From Chrysomallon squamiferum (lineage: Eukaryota > Animalia > Mollusca), in contig CM022674.1 in assembly GCA_012295275.1 (NCBI GenBank), positions 8,866,001 through 8,930,000 on the forward strand: a stretch of DNA of 64,000 nucleotides, written 5' to 3'. The stretch's first letter is position 1. Every line of letters starts with the position of its first letter. Below the pieces are notes generated by a model. The model saw only the letters and a program-made list of their open reading frames with translations. It did no database searches and was not told where the DNA came from. Shown piece after piece: positions 14,801 through 27,500 of the stretch. The position numbers were made by a program, and so were the translations under genes.

Positions 14801-16249
14801 TTTACTGAATGTGTGAAATAAATATTAATAATAAAAAAGGTATTAAAGATTATGAAAAAGCATTGGTGTATATAATTTTCTTTTGGGAAAATGCTTTAAT
14901 GTAGGTCTAAATTATTCAGATTATATCAAATTTGTAACGGATATTTTAATGTTTGTATAAATAAATTGGTTATTGCCCGTCTTGTAGTTAGCAAATATTA
15001 CCATATAAGTTTGTTGATGCATCTTTTCATTCTAATATCTAGTGCAGAAGAGAAACAAAACATAAAGATTAAAATTATAAATACAATATCCACCAGTAAT
15101 AATACTTAAATATCTGCTTATATTCTGTGTATAACATGTTTGATTGTTTTCAAAATGAAAAGAACAATGATACATTGCAAGAATATCATCTAATATCAGG
15201 AAATGTTGACTTAAACTTTGATATCTAAAAATATCTGTAATATTTTCATTTTCTACAATTCACTATGACACATTCAGATAAGGTTTCTGATAAAAAAAAA
15301 AGGAAAAGAAAAAGAAAGAAACACTGTATAATCTTGAAATGTGATTTTGTAGTTTCTAAGCAGCTGGATTGTATTAGCTATGTGTTATTTGATACCAGGA
15401 AAATATTATCTTATTGTATCGTTACCATAATGTACAGATAATATTAATTAGAAATGCAGCAATTAACAAAAAAAACCTCACTGTATGCTGCAGTAGTAAT
15501 TTACAATATCTGGGAGTTTGTTGTTGTTTTTGGTTATTTTTGGTGTGTACTTTTTTTTGTTGTTGTGTGTTTTTTTTTTTTTAAATTCATAACAAATTTA
15601 CAGTTTAAACTGCAGGTAATGAGCTAACATTTCTCTGATGAAAAGACCAGAGCATGATTTTATTTAAACAATATCTTTTAAAAAAAGAAAGGAATTAAAT
15701 TAAATATTGATACATTCACAGACAGATAAAAATATTCATTTTCATTAATGTCTAATATATTTATTTATATAAAATGCTTCCTGACAGTATTTATTCATGA
15801 AGAAAACAAATATAGAAATGAATTACTTCCCTTAGAAGAAAACAGTCTGGGATTTATATTCAGATAATAAATAAATTTTAATGTTTTGAATCAGCAACAT
15901 AGCTATGAATAATTGGGAAAGTTCTTACATATTTTTGGCATATTTACACTTTTTATTATTTATTCAGTGTATGTCACAATTCATATTTATTAATGAATAT
16001 ATCACAGTATTAAACAGTGTATTGTTATTAAACACATCACAATGTCTATCATTGTCAGTTTACATACTTAATTTCATTAGTGAATATATCACAATATATC
16101 AAATTATTGATTTCTACTAACAGTTAAATTTTAAATTTAATACTGTTATGATGACATTGGCAAAACACTCACATTGCTATAAAAAAGAAAACCAAACAAA
16201 AAAAGCTATCAAAACCCAATAATCTTCATGTTATCACCTGCTTGATGAT

Positions 16250-16705
16250 TAGTATAATGGATTTCAGTATAAGACTACAGTAATAGTTTAATATCTCTTG
16301 TATGTGATAATGTATAATATCTAAGTGATGTATGAAATATAATACATTGTAGTATATTGTTCAGTATTGGATCATGTTGAGTAATGTTTCACAATATAAT
16401 ATGTTATTATTTCTATATATGATAACGCACAACGGGTCAGTAATGTACAGAAATACAATAGCATTTGTAGTATGTGCAGAGGGTCAGTATTTTTATCATG
16501 TTGACTAATGCATCATAATGTAATAATATTAATATCTCCTATTTATATAACAGATTAGCAATGTTTTGAAATTAAATAATGTTGTAGCATGTTCTTATTG
16601 AGTATCATTATTTGATTGTGCTGAGCCATGTATCAGAATGTGATATTATTTCAATATCTTCTGTGTGATAATGTACAGAAGCTAAGTAATGCATCACAGT
16701 GATAC
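16250..16705. repeat. Old degenerate tandem repeat, ~120-bp unit, about 3.5 copies
   Basis: Recurring blocks atatctc..tgtgataatgtac, ttgtagtat..tcagtatt..atcatgttga.taatg at about 120-bp spacing. Confidence 0.6.
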
Positions 16706-16915
16706 AGCACAGCAAAAATCTGAGGTGTAACACGTGTTTCTCTCACTGTACCTGTCATGCAGCAGTTAGTAAATGTAAGAACAGATTTTAGTAGAAATTC
16801 TCTCATACTGGATCCATTTTGTCTGCTGGCAGATCAATGACTTAATAGATTTTCTCTCCAATCAGACCTGTGTGCTGAATATTTCAACTAATACATGTCT
16901 GTCATTTCTTTACAG

Positions 16916-16948
16916 ATGTGACACACCTCTCACATTGAAGAGTTACAG
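16916..16948 (+). CDS. RAP1GAP: Candidate upstream 33-nt coding microexon of the Rap1GAP gene (xCDTPLTLKSYR), phase 2-2
   Basis: Strong acceptor (gtcatttctttacag) and strong donor (cag|gtaagc). Length is a multiple of 3 and it is open in the phase-2 frame, which joins the 42277 exon in frame (SY-R-KQAMD). No homology could be checked. Confidence 0.55.
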
Positions 16949-18097
16949 GTAAGCTGCATGCTGTTATTCTAAATTAGTTTTATTATATTTATATAGTTAA
17001 TAAATTTATTTTAAACACTTTTTTCTTATATTTAAAGTTAATTTGATATTTTTATTTAAAACAATTATAGCAATAGTTTATAGAATTTTAAAACTGTTTA
17101 TTTCTTATATTTATAGTTATATATAATTTGATAGATTTTTTTTCAGTATATTTAAATTCTGGTATTTCATATTTTTAATTTAAAATGTTTTAATTCTGAT
17201 AATATAGTTAATGTAATTTCATACATTTAATATAAGAAAAAAAAATTAAAGAAATTATTTTTAATATTCCAATACTAATTAGCTTAGTTATTTTTATTTA
17301 TCATTAATTAATTAATTATTTAATTATACTGATTGAATTTCATTAATTAAATAATTAATATTAGTCAAAAAATAATTAACAATATTAAATAACCTTATCT
17401 TTTTAGTGTGCTCTAAAATTTAAATAATTATTTAATTTTACTTCTGTCAAACAGTAACATATTATTTAGTTTTCCAAAAAAATTAAAATTATATATATGG
17501 TCTTTTATTTTTATTGGAAATAGCTAGAAATTTATTATGCATTGAATGAGCTAAGATGTAGTAGAAAAGTCACTTACTGTATTCACATTTCACTGATGAA
17601 GAGACTGGTAAACTAATTTGTGGTTTATAAATCTGTGTGTGAATTATCAGACTCGGGAACTTTACGGTTTTTGGAGATAAGGAATAACTGGTGTCTTCAG
17701 TTTATTATTTGTTACTAATTATTAATTATTTTTAAAAGGTTCTATAAAACTGTATTCAATGTTATGTTAAAGGATATGGTTTTCTTCATTATTTTAGTAA
17801 TGGAAAAGTTACAATCTTTAATCTTACAATTGAGTTTTGGTTCATTCATTATGGCTAGGTTTAATTCTGAACAAAATAATGGACAGCTACAGTGAAAAGG
17901 CAGCAGAGTTTGTGTTGATGTTTGTAATGTGAATGGAGCCAGATGGTTGGTTTTCTGTTTTAAAATAATGGATTCTTCACATTGTAGTGTAAATTTGTGA
18001 TAAATGTACTGTCTGATGATATAAAAATAAAAATAATAATAAAATAAGTAATAAAAATATGCAGTCTAATAGAAATGATTCTAATTATCTCCTTTTT

Positions 18098-18130
<33 letters not shown>

Positions 18131-19335
18131 CTGTGTCTCCAGGCATTTTTTCCTGTTAGAAGGAAACTGGTTACTTGTTTCAATCAAATTATTGATGACT
18201 GAAATATTTCTTTCATTTCACAACCAGAGTTTGTCCTTAGGATAGGATTACTGTTATAAGCTGGACAATTGGTCCATAAGATTGAAATTAATTCAAGAAC
18301 TCAGTATTCTCACACTGAAATATACTGTAATTTGATAACCTAAAACTTGAAACCTATCCATTCTAGTACCTAGACTTGTTGTTTAAATTAAATTTCATGC
18401 TTGTTTTAAAGCTACTGGCTGTTGTTAACAAAATATGTGTTGTGTAATTAAGTAATTTAAATATTTGTAGCATTCCCACCCCCTGAAATCTGTGTACTTG
18501 AACTTCTCACTGCTAATAATTTTAAATTGGTTTCATCTTCTTAAAAGAGATTTTAAGTTACTGAAACACACATCAAAAAAAATAAAAAAATATGTCAGTT
18601 GTACCAGTTATTTTCCAGTTAATTCCTCCATATTTCTTGGAGGGCTTCATTATAGTTTGACATTTGTCTGGTGGAGCTCTCAGCACTGACACACAATTAC
18701 ACTGGGTCAGTCTGGCACTGTCCTCCCTTCAGCTGCCCACTCAGTCACTGATGCATTTCATTTCTAGATTTAGATCATTACAACAGAGCACATTAAATGA
18801 TTTAACTTAGTAACCTGGGTATAGATCCAGTCTTCCCTGCTAAACTGTTACATTATTTCCCAATCCAGACAATAATTTGTCAGCTAACTTTGGTTTCTTG
18901 TTTATTTATGATACAAAGACTCTTGCTGTTGGTAAACAACAGCTATAATTTGTGAAATGATGAAGTACTGGGTTTTCTCTCTAATAACAGTACAGATGTG
19001 TAGGTATGTCATATCTTATTATGTAAAAATTCAGTGGAATTTAGCTAGTAGAAAGTAAAACACTATTAGGTGATCTCTTCCTAATTAGCTAAATTGTTTA
19101 GCAGATTGCTATATTTGATTTTTACTATTCCTGAGTTGATAAGAAAATTAACAATGTGTACGTGTGTCTGTTTCTAATCTCAGCCATTTTCCAAGAATTC
19201 ATTATTTTTATTTACCTTCACCGTTTTAGTCCTTTTTGATTCTTCACTGATAACAAAACTAAAATGTGTTGCAGATCTGCAGATAATTATCATTGAGTGC
19301 ATCAGTATGAGCATAATTATAACTTAAGATGATTC

Positions 19336-20124
19336 CAGGGCATTTCCCCACTGGATATTTCCTCCAGTCGATTCACCCTGATCGTTTGCCCCCGTGACAA
19401 TTTTCTCCTGTCTATTATGCCAAAAATAATTGATCTCTAGTACAGATTAACTGGATATACAAAGACAGTTGTAATATAATATAAATTGTTTATTTGAAAC
19501 ATTTCATACAGCATGTAGTTACGTAATTTTTTGAACACATAAAATCTGAAGATTTTGAGCAACACTGCAGAGGAAGTGCAGGTGATCTCTGTTGCTGTAG
19601 TCGTATCCAGAGTCTGAAGTCGCTGAGTGAGGTCTCTGTAGATGTGATGCTGTGGTCATGGGGCTCTGGCCAGTATCTGGTGCAGTGCTATAGTACTGAG
19701 GGATTGTTCTGCTTTGACTATTCCACAAGGCGTGTGTAAAGGTGGGATCTCTTCTGTTTCTGGACCAGACCATCTGATGAAGACGTCTTCAAAATAGTTT
19801 GTAATAGGCTGAAGTTCCTCAGGTAGTTTGTCATGCAGAAGCTCAAACAACTCAGTAACATCAGCAAGTGACACAAATGCTAAATGTTATGAACTGTCCA
19901 TTATTTTAAAACAGAAAACCAACCATCTGGACTGAGACAGAAAAAGCTGCATGTTTAGTGTACTGCTTTTGTAATCCAGAAGATTTCACACAACTATAAG
20001 CCAGGATAATTGACAACTGAAACAGGCAGGCAGGGGGTAATTGTCAAGGGGGGAATAGAACTATGGGAAAATCATGGGGGAATTGACTGGAGGGGAAACA
20101 TCCTGGGGGGAATGCCCTGACACC
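19336..20124 (-). mobile_element. Internally deleted, degenerate Mutator-like (MULE) DNA transposon
   Basis: Imperfect GC-rich terminal inverted repeats: cagggcatttcccc...tgacaatt at ~19336-19412 versus aattgtca...ggggaatgccctg at ~20030-20124. Internal frameshifted minus-strand peptide (AFVSLADVTELFELLHDKLPEELQPITNYFEDVFI / PTFTHALWN) resembles the animal MULE transposase segment before the RTNN motif. No clean target-site duplication seen. Confidence 0.75.
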
Positions 20125-20571
20125 CTTATGACATATATAATTTGCATTTCTAGTATGTACATATCACTGCATTTGCAAATGTGGGACTTCAAAAGCGTCA
20201 TAAAGGAAATAAAGAAAAAAGAAAACAATTTGTGTTCATAAAATACTGCATCCATGTGTGTGAATATATAATAAAAGAATACACAGGATTTTGTCTGATT
20301 ATGACCCACTGGAATACAGAGAGGAGAAAAAGCATTATAGTTTGCTATAATTCATAAGTCCTTTTTTTATTTTAGTTAAATGACAACAGCTTGAGGTCAT
20401 GATATTTGATTTCATTTGATGCTTGTATTAAATGATGAATTATTGGATGAAACCCCTGCTGCCTGTAATAACATTATTTCAAAGGGATGTAGCTGATGAT
20501 GTCATTTTCTATCGATTGTTAATAAATTAACAAAACACTCACTGCCATGCTGTCATCATGTTGAAGATATT

Positions 20572-20890
20572 TAAAAAACCAAATTTATAAATTAATTATA
20601 ATTTCTCCATGAAGATCTAATTGTGTTTTGTGAATAGCACATTAGGAGGTTAAATTAACAGTAACTGTTGGCACTTTATAGGATAAATCTGATACCGTAA
20701 CACATTAACCAGTTATTCCCAGGTTTTTTTTAATAAATTTCAGATGCACATAAAACCAATAAAAGTCAAAACTTCTGTCTGAATTATGTCAAATCAATTT
20801 TGATTGTCATCAAGGATTTTTTTTTTAAAACAAAATTTATAAATTAATTATAATTTCTCTACAAAGATCTCACTGTGTTTTATGATTAGC
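20572..20890 (+). repeat. Local ~65-bp direct duplication (20572-20638 and 20826-20890)
   Basis: aaatttataaattaattataatttctc...aagatct...tgtgtttt.tga.tagc occurs twice. Confidence 0.8.
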
Positions 20891-23347
20891 TTGTTCTGAA
20901 GAGGAATGTAATGAGTTCAGAGTCCTTGTACAGCTGTTGAGTTAACTGACCTGTGAGAAAACACTACACTGTGCCTCTTTGTGATTAATGCAATCTAGAA
21001 AAGTGATTTGTTCACTGACATAACTGAGTGTTTGAAGAATTTTGAACCAATATATGATGAATCAGTATTTGCATTAAAATGATATTTCTCTCCTTCCCTG
21101 TGTAACTAAAGTTACAATAATAATAATAATAATAATAAAAATTAAAAAAAGTAAAACATATAAGGATATATATATATATTTTATATATACACCAGATTTA
21201 AGGAAAATAAACATACAAAATAAGAAAATAAATTGTGTTGATATAATAATAATGCAAATACGAATCATGCAAAACTATTAATAGCTATTTATGTACGTAT
21301 TTTCATATAATTGTAGATAATTTTCTTAACTAAGCACCGAGGACACAAAACTACTTAATAAGTGTTAATACATTCACTTCAATTAGGCAAATGAGAATAT
21401 CACAGAAATGTGTGAAGGAAATATTGTGAATGCCCCTGGTTTGGTATTTACAGATTGTGTTGTATATGTTTTTATAGTGGAATCATACACATGCAGATAT
21501 ACAGAACTGTTACAAATACAGAATACACAGAGAAATGGACAGAGCAATATTTCTTGACAGCTTAAACATTAATTTATTAAATATTTTTAAACTAGTAGAC
21601 ATTGTACTTCAGTATATTTTATTTCTGGTGTTTTGACACCAGTAGCTGATATATTTTCATGCTGGGTCTCATTAAATATTCATTTATTCATTCATTATTT
21701 CTGGTGATAAATCTTTGTGTTAAGGATATAACCTGTGGAAGAAAATATATTTTTAATTTTTTTAAAGAGAAATGTAAAGAATGTTGACTAACTCAGCTAA
21801 GAGATTGATTCATTTACATTTAAAAAAGGTCAGACTTTTTGCATAAGAAACCTGTAATAAATAATTTATTCAGTAAATAAGCTCTCTCTCTCTCTCTTTC
21901 TGAATACAAAAGAAAAGAATAGCAAATAAAACAATAAAATGGAAATAAATGCTTAAAGTTATTTATAAAAAGATTATGTCATAAGTTCCCTCAGTATTTA
22001 AATATTAAGATTTCATTAAACATTGCTTTCGATTTTTTTCAATAAATAAATAATGATAATAAAAAATATATGAGATGTAGAATATTAATTATATATGTGA
22101 AAAAGTATAGAATGATCTTTTGTTTTTCAAAAAAAAATCCTAACAACTATATTTTACTCAATTATACTAAATAACAAATGAAATCTAAACCATAATTTAA
22201 AAAAAAAAAAAAAAAAAAATGAAATATCAAAAGAAGTTTATAAAAACAATACATTCTAAATTGTTTTGCCTAATCATTCTATATAAATCCAATATATTAT
22301 GAAATATCAGTATGGAACACAATTATTTAGCCATACAGAAAGATTTTTCATCATGTAATAATGTTATTTAAATCTGATAGATTACGAAATATTGTTCAAT
22401 AACCAATTATATTGCTCCACACTGGTCTGTCTGAGACAGGACAGAAACGACCAGTTTTTAATGACTATTGTTTTCTGTATTCCTGTCATTAATCTAACCA
22501 GACTTGGCCTTTCGATCCCTGTGTAATTTGTTACAATAGTTGTCTGAGAAAGTCTGAGAATGCTGCATTTTTTCTGGCCTGGATATTGTCAGGAAGAATC
22601 CCACTGTAATTATATTGAAATGAACAATTTTGGCTGTGTTGAGTAATTCAGGCCAGTGACTGGAGAGTATTGAACCTTCTGAGAAACAAACAACAATTTC
22701 ATCAAGTGTGTTAATGAATGGCGTTGTTCCCTCAAGATTGTGATTTCTAATCACTGGCAAGGAATTATGGCTGCAGATTCCGTTACTTAGAGCTGGGATC
22801 GACTCTGGTGATGAATGAATTTAATTCTGACATGCTGAAGGAGAAAAATCAATTCTCAGTGCCCCTTCGATGTCAAGGGACTGCGCTTTTCCCAAAAATC
22901 TTGCCAAGTGTTTGGGGTCATTTCAAAAGAGAGGAGAAATCTTGTATGTAAGTTATGAGATGAGTCATGGCATCATCCCAACATGAAATAGGAGGTTGCA
23001 GAAACATTTCCCAGATCAACTTGGGATGATAGACTTGTAAAAAAATAAAGAAGAAATTTGTATCAGGATCTAAAGAATTTTGCTGGGTGAATTCTGAAAA
23101 GAATAAAGGAACATTGTTAAGTTGGTGTTGGATAATACACTGGCTTGTTTCTTATCAAATACATTCCAAGATTTAAACTGAACTAATGTCAAAGATTTCT
23201 GAATTAAAAGATTGTTTAAAATTTTGGTTTAATGCTAAAAGCAGATAAATAAATAAATAATTTGTTTAAAGACAAAAAAAAAAAAAAACCCACATATAAA
23301 CTGCATACAAGTTGTGTTTATTTGAGTTTAAATTGAAACCTGTCAGA

Positions 23348-23472
23348 ATGATTGGTTCACAAAGCTGTAGGAATTTCCGAGATGAAGAACCACCTCCAGT
23401 TTCAGAAATGGCTACTCGGTACCGGCGCTGGAATTCCTGTATTACATTCACAGGACGGAAGAATCGTACGAG
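23348..23472 (+). CDS. RAP1GAP: Candidate alternative first coding exon of Rap1GAP (MIGSQSCRNFRDEEPPPVSEMATRYRRWNSCITFTGRKNRTR)
   Basis: ATG-initiated open frame ending in a good donor (gag|gtatgc), phase 2, matching the 42277 acceptor. Locally CpG-rich (about 23370-23580) in an otherwise CpG-depleted window, as expected near a promoter or first exon. Confidence 0.6.
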
Positions 23473-24459
23473 GTATGCATTAAACTTGTCATTTAATTTC
23501 TATTGGTTCCGCTTTTACTTTGGCTGGGATTAGCACCTGACAGACAAAGTGAAGTCACGCGGACGTAGTTAGACGTCTCTACCAAACCAAACTTGATGTT
23601 GTTAACACTAGCTTATTCCTTAAGAAAATTCATCATTTTAAAAAAAACTAAATCTGTTGAAATAATTTACTTTTCGGAATTCTGTTCTGTTATTGTTTGA
23701 CTGTAGACAAACAGTGGTTGATAGAATGAACCACCCACAGCTTGGTTAGTGGGTTTTTGACATGAAATGTAATAATCACTGATCTCGGAGGATGTAGCCC
23801 AGTCCCAAAGTGTAATTAGTATGATATGTTTGACAGTCTAATTTAAACTTGTCTCTGTCTAAAAAGCTTTTTGATATCCTAACTACTAAAATGTCAAGAA
23901 GTATTAAACTTAGCCATATTCACTGCAAATTTGTTTATCTTCAGAATGCTAGAGTTCTCAGTCTGAGTTTACTTAATCAAATAAGATAAAACTGTGACAT
24001 AATATATATATTTTATTACCAAATAAATATTAATTATAATCATACATTTAAATTACTAGCAAGCATAAAAAAAAAAGTATTTAAAAAGCTATTTTTATTT
24101 ATTACTATTCAATATGTTAAATTAATTAACTACTTTTATTAATTTATGTGACTAGATCACACTCATTCACAGATAGCTGATGGAAAAAACAGCTGTAATT
24201 GATCAAAGTAACTACAACACATTATTTAGGTAAATATCTTGTAGTGATCAAACAGCTATTTCTGTATACACATCTATTTAAAACATGAGAGGTGACCTCT
24301 GCATAGTCAGATTATTAGTAAAATACCAACATTATTATTTTCATAGTAATTTATTATTTTACAACATACATGCTAAATATTAATATTACTATTTATCCTA
24401 ACTGTAGATATGGCAAGATTTAATGACTGGATAAACATCTATGTTTTTTGGTACTTCAT

Positions 24460-24592
24460 GGGATAAATCTGATATGTTAAGATAGTAACTATTATAAATT
24501 CAAGATTTACATAAACCACAAAACGACAAAACTTGTATCTGAATTATGTCAAATCTGTCAACATTTGATTGTCATCAAGGTTTTTTTAAAAC
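24460..24592 (+). repeat. Diverged copy of 20680-20831 (dispersed repeat)
   Basis: Shared ggataaatctgata...caaaactt..tctgaattatgtcaaatc...tttgattgtcatcaagg..ttttttaaaac. Confidence 0.8.
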
Positions 24593-27500
24593 AGGAACAC
24601 AGCACAGTTGTCTTTAATGACCTTTTACTTTTCCATTCACTGTCAGATTGTTTTTGCTTTGCCTTGGCTTATCTTGGTTTTTGAAAGGCTTTTCATATGC
24701 AGTTATTTGCATTGTAATGAAGCAACATTAAGAAAGTCAATGCCATGTCTGCAATACAGAAGAGTGTTAAAGTAATTAATTTTAACAAATTCCTCACTCT
24801 CCGTAGTTACATAATGTTCACGTTCCTCTTATCTCTCCCCCTGCTCATTTTTGTTGAGATTAAATCTGAACAGTTTCTTTAATGTCTGCAAATGACTACT
24901 TTGGGAGAACGATCAGACTGGTTTGAATTAGTTTTATTGCTTTATTTTAAATCTCAGTAAAGAATTTATGCGCATTTCCCTTACTAAGAAAAAAAATTTA
25001 AGTTCAACATTTTATAAACGAATTTATTTCTGTTGACCATTATTGCATTTCCTGTTGAAACCTTTCTTCTTGATGAATGAATAAGGGTGAGCATTCTTAA
25101 CAAATATTTCTTCTCTAAGACTAATTTTAATGAAGTCATATTGTCATGGTAACACATTTTCTTCTGGTATCAGTTGTAAATGTTTTGTAATGATGTTAAA
25201 ATTCCCATTCAGTCTCTACTCATTTCCAGCACTAATTGTGTTATAAATGTGAAAAGGTATAATTTTTCTATTTACTTCACCTTCTAATGAGGCTTTGTTT
25301 AGAAAGAACTATTTCATGTATCTAAAAATAGCTGTCATTATTTAAAAGTGCAATGTTTTGTTGTTGTTGTTTCTTATGGTGATAAATATATGTTGCTAAC
25401 ATTAATTAAAAAATGGAAAGGTAAATTTCATCGTGGAAATTTAAAAACAGAATGATTATTTCCTCATTTTCATTTGTGTAAAGAAGTGTTTTTAATTGTT
25501 TTTAAAAAAATTTAGTTGTATTAAAAACATGTTTTTAACATTTCATTTCTTTTAGTTAAGTAGAAATTTAAAAATACAGAATATTCTTAAATTTTCATTA
25601 ACAGTTAATTTGTAGAAATAAAAAATGTAAATTAAAAAAAAAAAGAATGTGTTTATTTTAATTTATAATGTTTTCAACATTGCTGTGTTTCACATGAGCA
25701 CTGTAACAGACACTCCATAGTTAGATCAGAATTATTTATATTCATTTGTACAGAAAAACTCGTTTCAGATGTATTTCTTCATAATAAGCACAGCCAATAA
25801 AGTGCTGTATGGTATAATCAAGATGTTTCTTCCAGTCAGAATAGTAATAAATTTGTATTTATTTTCTGCTGTGGGTGTAAAATTAGAGAGAATGTCTTGT
25901 TATCTTGTGGCTTTCACTGATCCTCGGTGGAATTGTCTCAAACTGAGTAACGCAAAGGTCATAAAATCTAAAATAAACCACAAAATGGCCAGCACAAAAA
26001 TTGGAATAATTGGCAGATACTGATTAGGTTCTTCAGTCTAAATAAATGAGACTACAGATATCACATTCTGGAAGAAATAAGGAAGGATTTTGTTTTCAAT
26101 GTAGTGTACACTGCAGCATGAATAAAGATATACTGATAATAAAATATACTTTCTTTCAAGCAGCAGCAGTGAAATATTTCATATAAAACATTCCTGTAAA
26201 TCACTGCCTTCAGTAAACCAGGGATGGGAAATGAATACTGAAATTGATTTATTCATATTTAACATTAGTTTTGTTTATTGTAAACATGACAGATCTCTGG
26301 ATCAGTCCTCTTCAGTGCACTGAAAAGTCTCTTTCCTGAAAAGTATGCTACAACTGACTTGTCAAACACCACAGTATCTTACTTCACTGTTATAGGAATG
26401 TGTATATACAAAAACATTTCTGTTAATAAATAAAACTACCCGTGGAATGGCAGCAATAGGATTTCACTTTCTCCATAAAAATCAATTGATGATGAAGTGA
26501 TTGTAGAGCAGTATCTGGAATGGAACAAAAAAAAAAACCAGCCAGTCATTGTAAACTGAAATAGTGCTAATGAAGTAGTTTTATTTCTTTATTATGTGTG
26601 AAAAGTTTGTGATTTAAAAATAAAATACTACAATTAAAAAAAAATGCTTCTCAGATACATAGGATATCTGTTGGCTAGACAGAATCAGTTTCTGAGACTG
26701 ATAAAAGTAACATAAACCTATAGAGATTTATAAATTAAGTTTATTATTATATGACATTTATAGAGGTGCCCTTCTCAGAAGTTCCTGTGATACTTCAAAA
26801 ACTAAAGAAATAGTCTCTCTCATTCATACTTGGTGACACAATTATGTAGTGACATTTAAAACTTCTGTCTTTTTCTCTCTCAAACAATCTCATATCAACA
26901 ATTAATAGTAATTTTAATAATATTTGTGTATAGTCATAATCAAAATTAAGTTAATAAAAAAATGTTCTCTATTTCTAAATATTATCCTAATAACACAGTC
27001 TGTTAGTAGATTAACTGAAAGAAAGTGATTTTAAAAATGTTCAGGATAAGAATAAAAAGAATAAAACTAACAACTTTAATTATTTAGATTTTTTGTAATT
27101 TAATATAAAACAAAGTAACTTTCACAAAAGTTGTAAAATAACAATATGGATGTGGTTTTATTACTTATTATTTTTAAATTGCTTTCATCCTCTTTAAGTT
27201 GTGTGTAATTGAGCACTTTAAGAAGTTTAATAGTCCTGTTGAGCTGTACAATAGGCTGTAATATGTTTGATGTGATTACCCCTTTAATTTAACTTTATTG
27301 TTTTGTCACTAAATATCTTAATACTCAGTTCATACACAGCCTGAGGCACATTCAGCTGTTTACAAAGTGTTTTTATCCTCATTGATTAATTAATTTCTCA
27401 AAACCCTTAATTATCACTTGGATTACTCTGACCCACAAGTCTACAGGAAATAAGCAATTATGATACTAAAATGCAAACTGGTCTCATTGCATAGTTCACA

